Of a stretch of DNA of 64,000 nt, positions 44,006-52,292 are shown piece by piece; positions within the stretch are counted from its first letter, which is position 1, and the number at the start of each line of letters is the position of its first letter. Source of the stretch: Myxococcota bacterium. GTDB taxonomy: Bacteria > Myxococcota_A > UBA9160 > UBA4427. Location: NCBI GenBank assembly GCA_965223565.1, contig CBDCWV010000016.1, positions 828,518-892,517 of the forward strand, given 5' to 3'. The notes below the pieces were generated by a model. It ran no database searches, was not told the origin of the DNA, and saw nothing but the letters and a program-made list of their open reading frames with translations. A program made the position numbers and the translations under genes.

Positions 44006-46291
44006 ATGCCGACTCTTCGCGCTGCGTGCCTAGCGTACGCGACATGCCTCGCGATCGATGCGACCTCCGCGTTGGCCCAGAGCGACGATTACGGGGACGG
44101 TGGCGACCCCTGGACCGGGATCGAAGAGTTCATCGTCACGGGAACGGGAAGCCTCAGCTCCCTCGCCCAGGCGACCTCGACGGCGGTCACCGCCTTCGAC
44201 GCCCTGGAGCTCGATCGCCGTGGAATCGCCGACATCGACACGCTCGGTCTGAACGTTCCAAACCTGTTCATCAGCAAGAACGGCGCGAGCCCGGTGGTGA
44301 CGATCCGCGGCATCGGCTCGACCTCCGGCGGCATCTCGGCCGACGAGGCCGTCGCCGTCCACGTCGACGGCGTCTACATGAAGCGCCCGCTCTTCCTCGC
44401 CGCCGAGTTCTTCGATCTCGAAGACCTCCAGGTCGCACGCGGTCCGCAGGGATTCCGAGGCGGAAAGAACGCGAACGGCGGATCCCTCAACTTCGTGTCC
44501 CGGAAGCCGACCGACGACTTCGCGGCCTCGGCGCAGGCGACCTTCGGCAACTACGGACAGAAGCGGATCACCGGATTCGTGAACGCTCCCATCGTCGAAG
44601 CCGTCTCGACAAGAGTCGCCTACTTCTACGAGAAGCGGGATCCTTACTCGACGCTCACGGGACGATTCGCAGGTGAGTTCGCCGAGGAGGCCGGCGACGA
44701 CGCGGACGATCTCGGTTTTCGCGCGCACGTCCGCGTCGCGCCGAGCGAGGGACTCGAGCTCTTGCTCTCGGGCAACTACTTCCAGCAAAAGGGCGCCGGG
44801 CCGGCCGTGAGCCTCGACGGCGACCTGAGTGCAGCACAGCTGAATCTCGGGGCGACGCCCCTCTCCTCGGACGTGCGAAGGGTGAGCCTCAACGCGCCGC
44901 CGGATCAGAACAACAAGATCTTTGGCGGCAGCGCGACCCTGTCCTGGGAGATCCCCTCTCCCAAATGGCTCGACGTCCTGGACCTGACGGCAATCGGCGC
45001 CTGGGAGCGTGTCCAGCGGTCCGACAAGCGCGACGGCGACCTGACGGATGTCGAGTTCCAGCGACAGGATCTGCAGGACGCCCAGGAGCAGGGAAGCGTC
45101 GAGGCCTTCGTCGACGTGGAAGCGGGCCAGCTGACGGGTCGGGCCGGCGTGTGGTTCTTCGACGAACGATTCGATACGGATCTCGCGGTCGACTGCCCGA
45201 TCTGCACCGGCGGCGGCGGGATCAACCGGACGCTCGACATCCGCACCGGCCTCGACGGCAGGAGCTACGGAGTCTACGGGGATGTCGAGTGGAGATTCGA
45301 CGAGAGCTGGACGCTGAAGCTCGGCGCCCGGTATTCCTGGGACGAGCGAAACGGCTTCGGCGAGCGCCTGAGTCGATTCGGTGGCTTGATCGGCCAGCCC
45401 TTCGGCTTCGGGGCCTCGGGCGACGAATGGGACGGTCTGACCGCGCGGGTGAACCTCGAGTGGGGCCCCACCGAGGACAACCTCTTCTATATCGAGCTGG
45501 CCCGCGGCTACCGATCGGGCGGACTCAATCTCGGCCTCGACAGCGACCCGAACGTCGGTGCCGACGGCTTCTCGAACATCGTCCTGCCGCCCTACGATCC
45601 GGAATACGTCTGGACCTACGAGGCGGGCACGAAGAACGAGTTCCTGGGCGGCGACCTGCGCATCAACGCGACGTTCTTCTTCATGGACTACACCGATCTA
45701 CAGGTCGCGCAGCCGGTGTTCGGCGTCGTCAAGACGGACAACGTCGCAGAGGTCCAGAATCTGGGCATCGAGATCGAGGGGCACTACTCGCCCATCCCCG
45801 ACGCGCGATTGGATTACACACTCTCCTGGCAGCACGCGCGGACCCGACGCGGTCTCGCCAACGATCCTATCCAGACGATCCGTGGCGTCGTGACTCGTGA
45901 CCTACTCCAGGACCTGGGCGGGAATCGCCTGCCCAACGCGCCGGATCTGACCGTGAAGCTCGGGCTGGAGTACGAGTTCCAAATCGGCCGCTACGGCACG
46001 CTCACGCCGCGCATCCAGTATTTCTGGCAGGACGAGACCTACTATCGTGTCTTCAACACCGATCTGGATCTCGACGAGTCCCGCCAGATTCTCGACGCCA
46101 AGCTGAGCTGGCAGCTGAGCGACGGAATGATCCGCGTCGTCCTGTTCGTGAACAACCTCCTCGACGAGGACATGATAAGAAGGCTCACGCCGATCATCGG
46201 ATTCGGGGTGCCTGGCAACACACCGCCGCAGCTCCAGCGTCAGAGCACGGCACCTCGCACGGTCGGCATCACGGTCGGCGTCAGCTACTGA
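44006..46291 (+). CDS. TonB-dependent receptor
   Basis: The signal peptide is MPTLRAACLAYATCLAIDATSALAQ. The plug region is IEEFIVTGT...VTIRGIG. A long beta-barrel follows, ending in the aromatic terminus ...TVGITVGVSY. Confidence 0.9.
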   Translation: MPTLRAACLAYATCLAIDATSALAQSDDYGDGGDPWTGIEEFIVTGTGSLSSLAQATSTAVTAFDALELDRRGIADIDTLGLNVPNLFISKNGASPVVTIRGIGSTSGGISADEAVAVHVDGVYMKRPLFLAAEFFDLEDLQVARGPQGFRGGKNANGGSLNFVSRKPTDDFAASAQATFGNYGQKRITGFVNAPIVEAVSTRVAYFYEKRDPYSTLTGRFAGEFAEEAGDDADDLGFRAHVRVAPSEGLELLLSGNYFQQKGAGPAVSLDGDLSAAQLNLGATPLSSDVRRVSLNAPPDQNNKIFGGSATLSWEIPSPKWLDVLDLTAIGAWERVQRSDKRDGDLTDVEFQRQDLQDAQEQGSVEAFVDVEAGQLTGRAGVWFFDERFDTDLAVDCPICTGGGGINRTLDIRTGLDGRSYGVYGDVEWRFDESWTLKLGARYSWDERNGFGERLSRFGGLIGQPFGFGASGDEWDGLTARVNLEWGPTEDNLFYIELARGYRSGGLNLGLDSDPNVGADGFSNIVLPPYDPEYVWTYEAGTKNEFLGGDLRINATFFFMDYTDLQVAQPVFGVVKTDNVAEVQNLGIEIEGHYSPIPDARLDYTLSWQHARTRRGLANDPIQTIRGVVTRDLLQDLGGNRLPNAPDLTVKLGLEYEFQIGRYGTLTPRIQYFWQDETYYRVFNTDLDLDESRQILDAKLSWQLSDGMIRVVLFVNNLLDEDMIRRLTPIIGFGVPGNTPPQLQRQSTAPRTVGITVGVSY

Positions 46292-46313
46292 GCCCGTCGC
46301 CTCGTCGTCCGCG

Positions 46314-47228
46314 CTAGAACCCGCGCCACTTCAGGCGGAAGCCCGCCGACACCGCAGCCGCGACCCGCTCGAAGTCGTAGTCGTAGCGCGTGAGCCAATT
46401 GGTTCCGAGCACGTCCAGCGAGCCGTCGAAGTCGCCGAAGAGGTAGGCGGCCTGCGCCTCGAGGAAGAGCGTGGGAATCCACGTCCCGCGCTCGCGCATC
46501 TCCGCTTCCAGGGCGAGTCGTCCGCCGACGCCGTGATGCGTGAGACTGTCGCTCGCGGTTCGCTCGAGCTGGACTCGCGGCAGTGGGCGCGGCCAGATCT
46601 CTTCCTCGAACACGCCGCGGACCGTGAGTGACTGCCCCACGTAGTCGACAGACGGTCGCACGACGAGGCTCCAACCCGGTTGTGGAGCGACGAACTCGAC
46701 GCCAACGCCCACGAACCAACGCCAATGGAAGCGGGCATCGGCGTAGATCACGGGCTCTTTGACGGTCTGCGGACCGATCCCCTCGGCGGAGGCGATCGTG
46801 ACCCGCCCGTCGAGCGGTACGTAGAGACCGGCATCCACGAAGACCCGCGGCGCGCCCGGAATCGACTCGAGCGTGGGACCGGCGAGCTGGGCAGAGAGCG
46901 CGATCGCCCCCTTGATCAGATCGCGTTTCGAGCTGTCGCCAAACGGCTCGAACGAAGGCTCGGGCGGCTGGCCGCGATCGGGCGGGTCGAAAAGTAGCGT
47001 CTCGCCGAATACCGACGCCTTCGCACGATGGCCGATCCCGGCGATCCCGAGACCCGCTGCGAGCGTGAGACGACCGCGCTCTTCGCGACGGAGGTTCGGT
47101 TCGTCCGTCGAGCTCGATTCGTTCGCGAACGCGACGTGGGGAAGCGTCGCGCACGCCGCCAACAGAGCGCGGAAGACCGCGCGGCGATGCCCATGAGCCT
47201 TCGATGTTCGACTGAGGTGGGACGGCAT
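46314..47228 (-). CDS. Outer-membrane beta-barrel protein (hypothetical)
   Basis: MPSHLSRTSKAHGHRRAVFRALLAACATLPHVAFA is the signal peptide. The body has an alternating beta-strand-like pattern. The C-terminus is ...SAGFRLKWRGF (terminal Phe). This is the frame of ORF 46314..47417. Confidence 0.65.
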   Translation of the reverse strand: MPSHLSRTSKAHGHRRAVFRALLAACATLPHVAFANESSSTDEPNLRREERGRLTLAAGLGIAGIGHRAKASVFGETLLFDPPDRGQPPEPSFEPFGDSSKRDLIKGAIALSAQLAGPTLESIPGAPRVFVDAGLYVPLDGRVTIASAEGIGPQTVKEPVIYADARFHWRWFVGVGVEFVAPQPGWSLVVRPSVDYVGQSLTVRGVFEEEIWPRPLPRVQLERTASDSLTHHGVGGRLALEAEMRERGTWIPTLFLEAQAAYLFGDFDGSLDVLGTNWLTRYDYDFERVAAAVSAGFRLKWRGF

Positions 47229-47471
47229 GCTTTCCCTGCGGGTATCCGCGCGCGATACCCCACACGATCTGTGATCCGCTCGCGACGAGACTAGATGATG
47301 GGTGCCCAGTTGGGAGAGCCCTCTGCTTCCCCGTGGAAAGCGCTTGCGGCCGAATCCCATCCACGGCCGCCCGCCCGGGGTGAATCGATCCGCCCCTAGG
47401 CCGCTCTCTGCGACCACAGAATCGTCGGCGGACGCGCGACGCCTCTAGAATCGCGGCGTAACGAACCTCTG

Positions 47472-47491
47472 GAAAATAGAGAATCGCATTC
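47472..47491 (+). promoter_or_regulatory. Second copy of the bipartite AT-rich motif, upstream of the PEP-CTERM gene
   Basis: GAAAATAGAG (47472-47481) is directly followed by AATCGCATTC (47482-47491). The motif ends 118 nt before the ATG at 47609. Confidence 0.3.
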
Positions 47492-47608
47492 CACTCTGCC
47501 GAGAAGCAAGTAGAAAAAAAGAGCCCATCTGCCACGGCTTTCGTGGTAGAAGATAGCTTTGGCGGCCCTCTCACCGGGGCGTCAAACCGGGACAGAGGGG
47601 ATTCATCG

Positions 47609-48964
47609 ATGCGATTCGGTCGACGAGATCGCGGTGCTACGGGCATTCTCGCCCGCATTCTTCTTTCTACTCTTGGTGTGGTTCTCGCGATGGCGCTTGC
47701 CGGCCTGGCCGCGAGCCCATCGATCGCCCAGGAGCGCGCGATCTATCGCCTCGACCTGACCGCCCAGATCGACGCCGCGGCGACCGGGTCCGCCGGCGGC
47801 AGCGCGATTCCGGACGGCTACCTCGTGATCGATCACGACGGCGCCGGCAACGTCGCCCTCCAGCTCGGCAGCTGGGTCTCCGGCGACGTCGACCTCACCT
47901 TCGGCAACGGCGAGACGACGAATGATCACTTCGCGGTCGCGCTGGCCGGCGCCACCGGCACGCTCACAGGCACCCTCGCGAGCGGAACGATCGTCTGGTC
48001 GACCGACGCCTACGTCTACCGCACGTTCGGCACCCGAACGTGTACCCAGGCCGCCGACGGCCAGCGCTGCTCGACCGATCCCGACATGGGCGCATCGGGC
48101 GCCGGCGTGTTCGTGATCCTCCAGCCCGGGATCACGAACACGACGCCGGCCGGCCCGACGGGTGGCCTGCCCCTCCCGGCGCCCGTCGCACTGCCGACGA
48201 TGGCGCTCAGCGGCTCGAGCCTGACGGCCTCCCTCGCCGACTTCGTAGATCTCGGGGCGGGCGTCTCGACAGACCTCACGATCGAGGCCACCCGGATCGA
48301 CACGCCCTCGGCCGAGAAGGTCATCATCGATCTCGACCCGACCACGAGCACCGAGATCATCACGGGCACACCCGTGATCAACACGACGCCTCTCGACGGA
48401 TTCGTCACCCTCGAGATCGACGGAACGGACGTGACGCTGCTCGGCTCCAGCTGGTTCTTCTCGGTAAACTGGCTCGACTGGGGCCCAACGCAGGTCGGCC
48501 CGGGAAGCTTCAACGGCCGCTACAGCATGTTCCAGCTCGCGGGCGGCTCCGGCACGCTCACGGGTACCTCCGCCTCCGGCTCGATCATCTGGGACGTCTT
48601 CTCGCCCTCGCGTCTCGCGCTCGAGACGAGCGGCAAGATGTGCACCCAGCCGGCGGACGATGGCCTCTGCACGTCGGATCCGGATTTCTTCCTGGTACTC
48701 GGCGATCCCGTGCCGGCCGGTCCGACCGTCGTTCGAGCGAATATGGTCGACTTCACGGACTTCACGCTCGGGGACCTGACGCTCTCGGCATCGAGCGTGA
48801 GCTCGACGGTCTTCGGCTTCAACGATGATGGCATCGCCGGCAATGGTGTCTTCAACAACCAGTTCGACGGCGACGTCGTTCCCGTCCCTGAGCCGGGTCT
48901 CTTCACCGGGCTCGCCGCCGGCCTGGTCGCCTGTGGCGCGCTCTCGCGCTCGCGACGGAGGTAG
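47609..48964 (+). CDS. PEP-CTERM-tagged secreted protein with an internal ~200-aa duplication
   Basis: The signal peptide is MRFGRRDRGATGILARILLSTLGVVLAMALAGLAASPSIAQ. The C-terminus VPVPEPGLFTGLAAGLVACGALSRSRRR has PEP, a TM segment and an Arg cluster. Confidence 0.8.
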   Translation: MRFGRRDRGATGILARILLSTLGVVLAMALAGLAASPSIAQERAIYRLDLTAQIDAAATGSAGGSAIPDGYLVIDHDGAGNVALQLGSWVSGDVDLTFGNGETTNDHFAVALAGATGTLTGTLASGTIVWSTDAYVYRTFGTRTCTQAADGQRCSTDPDMGASGAGVFVILQPGITNTTPAGPTGGLPLPAPVALPTMALSGSSLTASLADFVDLGAGVSTDLTIEATRIDTPSAEKVIIDLDPTTSTEIITGTPVINTTPLDGFVTLEIDGTDVTLLGSSWFFSVNWLDWGPTQVGPGSFNGRYSMFQLAGGSGTLTGTSASGSIIWDVFSPSRLALETSGKMCTQPADDGLCTSDPDFFLVLGDPVPAGPTVVRANMVDFTDFTLGDLTLSASSVSSTVFGFNDDGIAGNGVFNNQFDGDVVPVPEPGLFTGLAAGLVACGALSRSRRR

Positions 48965-49073
48965 GCTCGCGAGCTCCGATTTCCGCTGTCCTGTCACGGC
49001 GGAGCACGACGGGCGCGACCGCCCGGAATGAGTTGTTGGCAGGGATCCTATTCCAACCTGGGAGGGGAATGAG

Positions 49074-49799
49074 GTGATCAGAATGTTGCTGCACGAAAAG
49101 CTGACTGCGATGAAGCGAGGCCCGTTGCGGGCGGCTTCGATTCTGGCGATCGGGATGGTCCTGATCGCGAGCGGTGTCCACGCGAGCCCGGTGGGCCTGC
49201 AATATGACGTCAACTTCGACGACTTCGGTGTCGTTGGCGGCGCCGATCTCGATCAGACGGTGACCTTCGACGGGACGACGAAGACGATCGGGGACGTCAC
49301 GCTCAGCGAGCAGGCCCGCTTGCTGCCGGACGGAACCGAGCTGATCGAATTCAACATCTCCGCGAGCCAGCCGCTCGTCGATCTGTCCAGCAATACCCGA
49401 TCGGACTGGCGAATCGGCTTCGACAACATCGTCTACGGCGATGGCTTGACGAGACAACGAAGCGCGTTCATTCTCGGCTTCACGGCCGGCGGGAGCTACA
49501 TCACGGCGTCCCCGCTGACCCAATCGTTCGTGGTCGGCACCCATCCGATCGACGGCCATCCAATCATCTCGCTCATTCCCCAGCACCCGAGCCTCCCGGG
49601 TCCGGGCGACAACGTCGGGGCGAGCTCGGGCGGCTTCGCGACCTTCGACAGTCTGCTGGACATCTACATCGGGGATGCGACGCTCGCCGAGCAGATCGAC
49701 GGGATCCAGATCGCGATGGTCGTGCCGGAGCCGGGCACCGCGCTCCTGATGGGCCTCGGCCTGGCCGGACTCGCGGGCTCACGGAGGCGCCGCGCCTAG
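49074..49799 (+). CDS. PEP-CTERM-tagged secreted protein
   Basis: The C-terminus is VVPEPGTALLMGLGLAGLAGSRRRRA. The N-terminal signal is ...MKRGPLRAASILAIGMVLIASGVHA. Start options are GTG 49074, ATG 49083 and ATG 49110. Confidence 0.8.
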   Translation: MIRMLLHEKLTAMKRGPLRAASILAIGMVLIASGVHASPVGLQYDVNFDDFGVVGGADLDQTVTFDGTTKTIGDVTLSEQARLLPDGTELIEFNISASQPLVDLSSNTRSDWRIGFDNIVYGDGLTRQRSAFILGFTAGGSYITASPLTQSFVVGTHPIDGHPIISLIPQHPSLPGPGDNVGASSGGFATFDSLLDIYIGDATLAEQIDGIQIAMVVPEPGTALLMGLGLAGLAGSRRRRA

Positions 49800-49961
49800 A
49801 CGCGCTCGGGGATCGACACGCCCGTCCTCCGACGGGCCCCCTCGACGACGCGATGCGATGAAGGTTCGTAGGGCACTACGATCGCGTCGCCCGGCGTTCG
49901 TGCGCCCCCCATGCCCTGGCGGCACGGGGGGCGCGTCTGCTGGCGGGTTCGCCCCCCGGCC

Positions 49962-50031
49962 TCGCTGTTGGCGCGTACGATAACCCGCCTCGACGCACGT
50001 CGACCCGGGTTATCGTACGCGCCAACAGCGA
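49962..50031. repeat. Perfect inverted repeat, 26-bp arms with an 18-nt spacer, in the intergenic region
   Basis: The arm TCGCTGTTGGCGCGTACGATAACCCG (49962-49987) is the exact reverse complement of 50006-50031. The spacer cctcgacgcacgtcgacc contains the nested TCGACG-CA-CGTCGA. Confidence 0.9.
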
Positions 50032-50102
50032 TCGCTCCGCGAGACGCCGATTCCCCGAACGGTCGATCGGCTCGCACGGTGGAACGACGACGAGTCGAGA
50101 CC

Positions 50103-51296
50103 ATGACCCCCGACGCTCTCGAGACACGCGACTTCCCGCCGCCGCCTGCCGACCTCGCCGCGTACCGAGCCGCGCTCTCCGCCTGGCTCGATGCTCATCA
50201 CGACGCGCTCGCCCCGAAATACGATCCGCCGGGCGAGCTCGACCAGCACGTGGACCAGATGCAGCGTGTGAAGCGACTCCTTTGGGACGCGGGCTTCATG
50301 CAGTGCGGCTGGCCCACGCGCGTCGGCGGCCGCGGCGGCTCTCCGATGATGCGGATCGAGCTCGGCGCCCAGATCGCCGCGCGCGACTACGCCGACCCCG
50401 GACTCTTCTCGCTGATCGAGGTGCTCGCACCGACGGTGATCGACTTTGCGCCGACGGAGCTCGCGGCGGAGATGATCCCGCTGCTGCTCTCCGGCCGCGA
50501 GATGTGGTGTCAGGGCTTCTCGGAGCCCGGCTCGGGAAGCGACCTCGCGGCGCTCGCCTGCCGCGCGACGCCCAAGGAAAGCGACCGCGGGACCGCGACA
50601 ACCTGGGTCGTGAACGGCCAAAAGGTCTGGACCAGCCTCGCGCAGTTCTCCGAGCGCTGCGTTCTGCTCACACGCACCGGCACGCCCGAGTCCCGCCACC
50701 GCGGGATCACGGCCTTCTTCGTCGACATGGACACGCCCGGCATCTCGGTCGCGCCGCTCGAGATGATGAACGGCGAGCTCGAGTTCGCGGAGGTCTTCTT
50801 CGACGACGTAGAGGTCCCCGCGGATCGCATCTTCGGCGGCGTGAACGGCGGCTGGGCCGTCGCGATGAGCATCCTCCCCTACGAACGCTCCTCCTGCTTC
50901 TGGCAGCGCATCGGCTACCTCTACACCCGCCTGCAGAAGCTGGTCGAGCGGGCCCCCGACGACGATCGCGCAGCCGCGGCGCTCGGGGAGGCCTACGCCG
51001 AGCTCCACGCCCTGCGCTCCCGTTCGCGGGTGACCCAGCACAAGCTCGCGAACGAGGGCACGATCGGCGCCGACACGTCGATCGACAAGGTGCTGATCGC
51101 GTCGGCCGAGCAGAGCCTCTTCGATACGGTGCGCAGGCTGCTGCCCGGCGTGGTCGAGTTCGACGACTCGCCCGATGGGCAGAGCTGGCGCCTCGAATTC
51201 CTCTATTCGCGCGCGGCGTCGATCTACGGCGGCACGGGGGAGGTCCAGCGCGACATCATCTCGCGCCGCCTGCTCGATCTCGGAGATTTTCGATGA
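50103..51296 (+). CDS. Acyl-CoA dehydrogenase (alpha-type subunit of a split pair)
   Basis: MTPDALETRDFPPPP...WCQGFSEPGSGSDLAAL...GQKVWTSLAQFSERCVLLTRTG...IYGGTGEVQRDIISRRLL. The ATG is at 50103. The stop overlaps the next start (ATGA at 51293-51296). Confidence 0.9.
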   Translation: MTPDALETRDFPPPPADLAAYRAALSAWLDAHHDALAPKYDPPGELDQHVDQMQRVKRLLWDAGFMQCGWPTRVGGRGGSPMMRIELGAQIAARDYADPGLFSLIEVLAPTVIDFAPTELAAEMIPLLLSGREMWCQGFSEPGSGSDLAALACRATPKESDRGTATTWVVNGQKVWTSLAQFSERCVLLTRTGTPESRHRGITAFFVDMDTPGISVAPLEMMNGELEFAEVFFDDVEVPADRIFGGVNGGWAVAMSILPYERSSCFWQRIGYLYTRLQKLVERAPDDDRAAAALGEAYAELHALRSRSRVTQHKLANEGTIGADTSIDKVLIASAEQSLFDTVRRLLPGVVEFDDSPDGQSWRLEFLYSRAASIYGGTGEVQRDIISRRLLDLGDFR

Positions 51297-52267
51297 TCGA
51301 CGCCGAGGATCGCGCGCTACTCGAGAAATCCGTCGAGGCCGCCCTCGCCGACGCCGAGCCCGGCGGCGACGTGGATGCGCTGCTCGCCGAGCTCGACTGG
51401 GCCGACCTGCTCGACGCGGAGCCCGCGGACGCGATCGACATCGTCTTCCGCGCCCTCGGTTCGGTCGACGTCCGCTCGTCGGCCCTCGACGACGTGCTGC
51501 TCCACGCTCTCGGCATGCCGCCACGCGGCGATCTCGCGGTCGTCCTCCCTGCGTTCGGAACGTGGAGCCCACCCGGCCACGACGTGACCACGACGGGCGG
51601 TAGGATCGAAGCGAGCGGACTCGTGACAGGGCGCGGCGCGCGAGCGAGCGAGCTCCTCGTCGTGTGCGGCCCCGAAGACGCGCCCCGCGCCGCGACGATC
51701 GCGGCGGCCGATGCCGAATGCGCGGGTATCACGGGTGTCGACCCCGCCTTCGCCTATCAATCGTTCCGATTCGAAGGCCATCCGTCGGAAATCACGCCGC
51801 TCGAAGCCACCCGTTGGAGCGAAGCCGTCGCCCTCGCCCGCCGCGCCCTAGCCACCTGGATCGCAGGCGCGAACCGCACCATGCTCGAGATGGCGCGAAC
51901 CCACTCTCTCGAGCGTGAGCAATTCGGTGCACCGATCGCCCAGTTCCAGGCCGTTCGCCACCGCCTCTCCGAGGCGCTCGTCGCCGTCGAGTCGACCGAG
52001 GCCTGCCTCGTCTCCGCGCGCGACGAGCCGAACGAGCAGACCGCCGCGATGGCCAAGGCGCTCGCCTCGCGCAACGCACGGATCGTCGCGCGCCATTGCC
52101 AGCAGGTCCTCGCCGGAGTGGGCTTCACGACCGAGCACGCCTTCCACCGCTTCCTCAAGCGCGTGATGGCCCTCGAAGGCCTCCTCGGCACGGCGGACGC
52201 GATTCTGCTCGAGGTCGGCCGTCGGCTCCTCGAGACGCGACGGGCACCCACGTTGATCGAGCTCTAG
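51293..52267 (+). CDS. Acyl-CoA dehydrogenase-family protein (beta-type partner subunit)
   Basis: MIDAEDRALLEKSVEAALADAE... The C-terminal ACAD helical domain is ...TMLEMARTHSLEREQFGAPIAQFQAVRHRLSEALVAVESTEA...VLAGVGFTTEHAFHRFLKR. It lies in frame within ORF 50282..52267. Confidence 0.8.
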   Translation: MIDAEDRALLEKSVEAALADAEPGGDVDALLAELDWADLLDAEPADAIDIVFRALGSVDVRSSALDDVLLHALGMPPRGDLAVVLPAFGTWSPPGHDVTTTGGRIEASGLVTGRGARASELLVVCGPEDAPRAATIAAADAECAGITGVDPAFAYQSFRFEGHPSEITPLEATRWSEAVALARRALATWIAGANRTMLEMARTHSLEREQFGAPIAQFQAVRHRLSEALVAVESTEACLVSARDEPNEQTAAMAKALASRNARIVARHCQQVLAGVGFTTEHAFHRFLKRVMALEGLLGTADAILLEVGRRLLETRRAPTLIEL

Positions 52268-52292
52268 GAACCACCCCGCCACGGAGACCGAC

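Noticed and set aside
46285-47658. 457-aa minus-strand ORF as the gene between the TonB receptor and the PEP-CTERM gene
   Set aside because: Its product is Arg-rich and low-complexity. The other frame (46314..47228) gives a signal peptide, a beta-strand pattern and a C-terminal Phe typical of an OMP.
47603-51572. Minus-strand ORFs 47603..49213 (536 aa) and 50010..51572 (520 aa)
   Set aside because: They are antisense to the PEP-CTERM and ACAD genes, with Arg/Gly/Asp/Glu-rich composition and no motifs.
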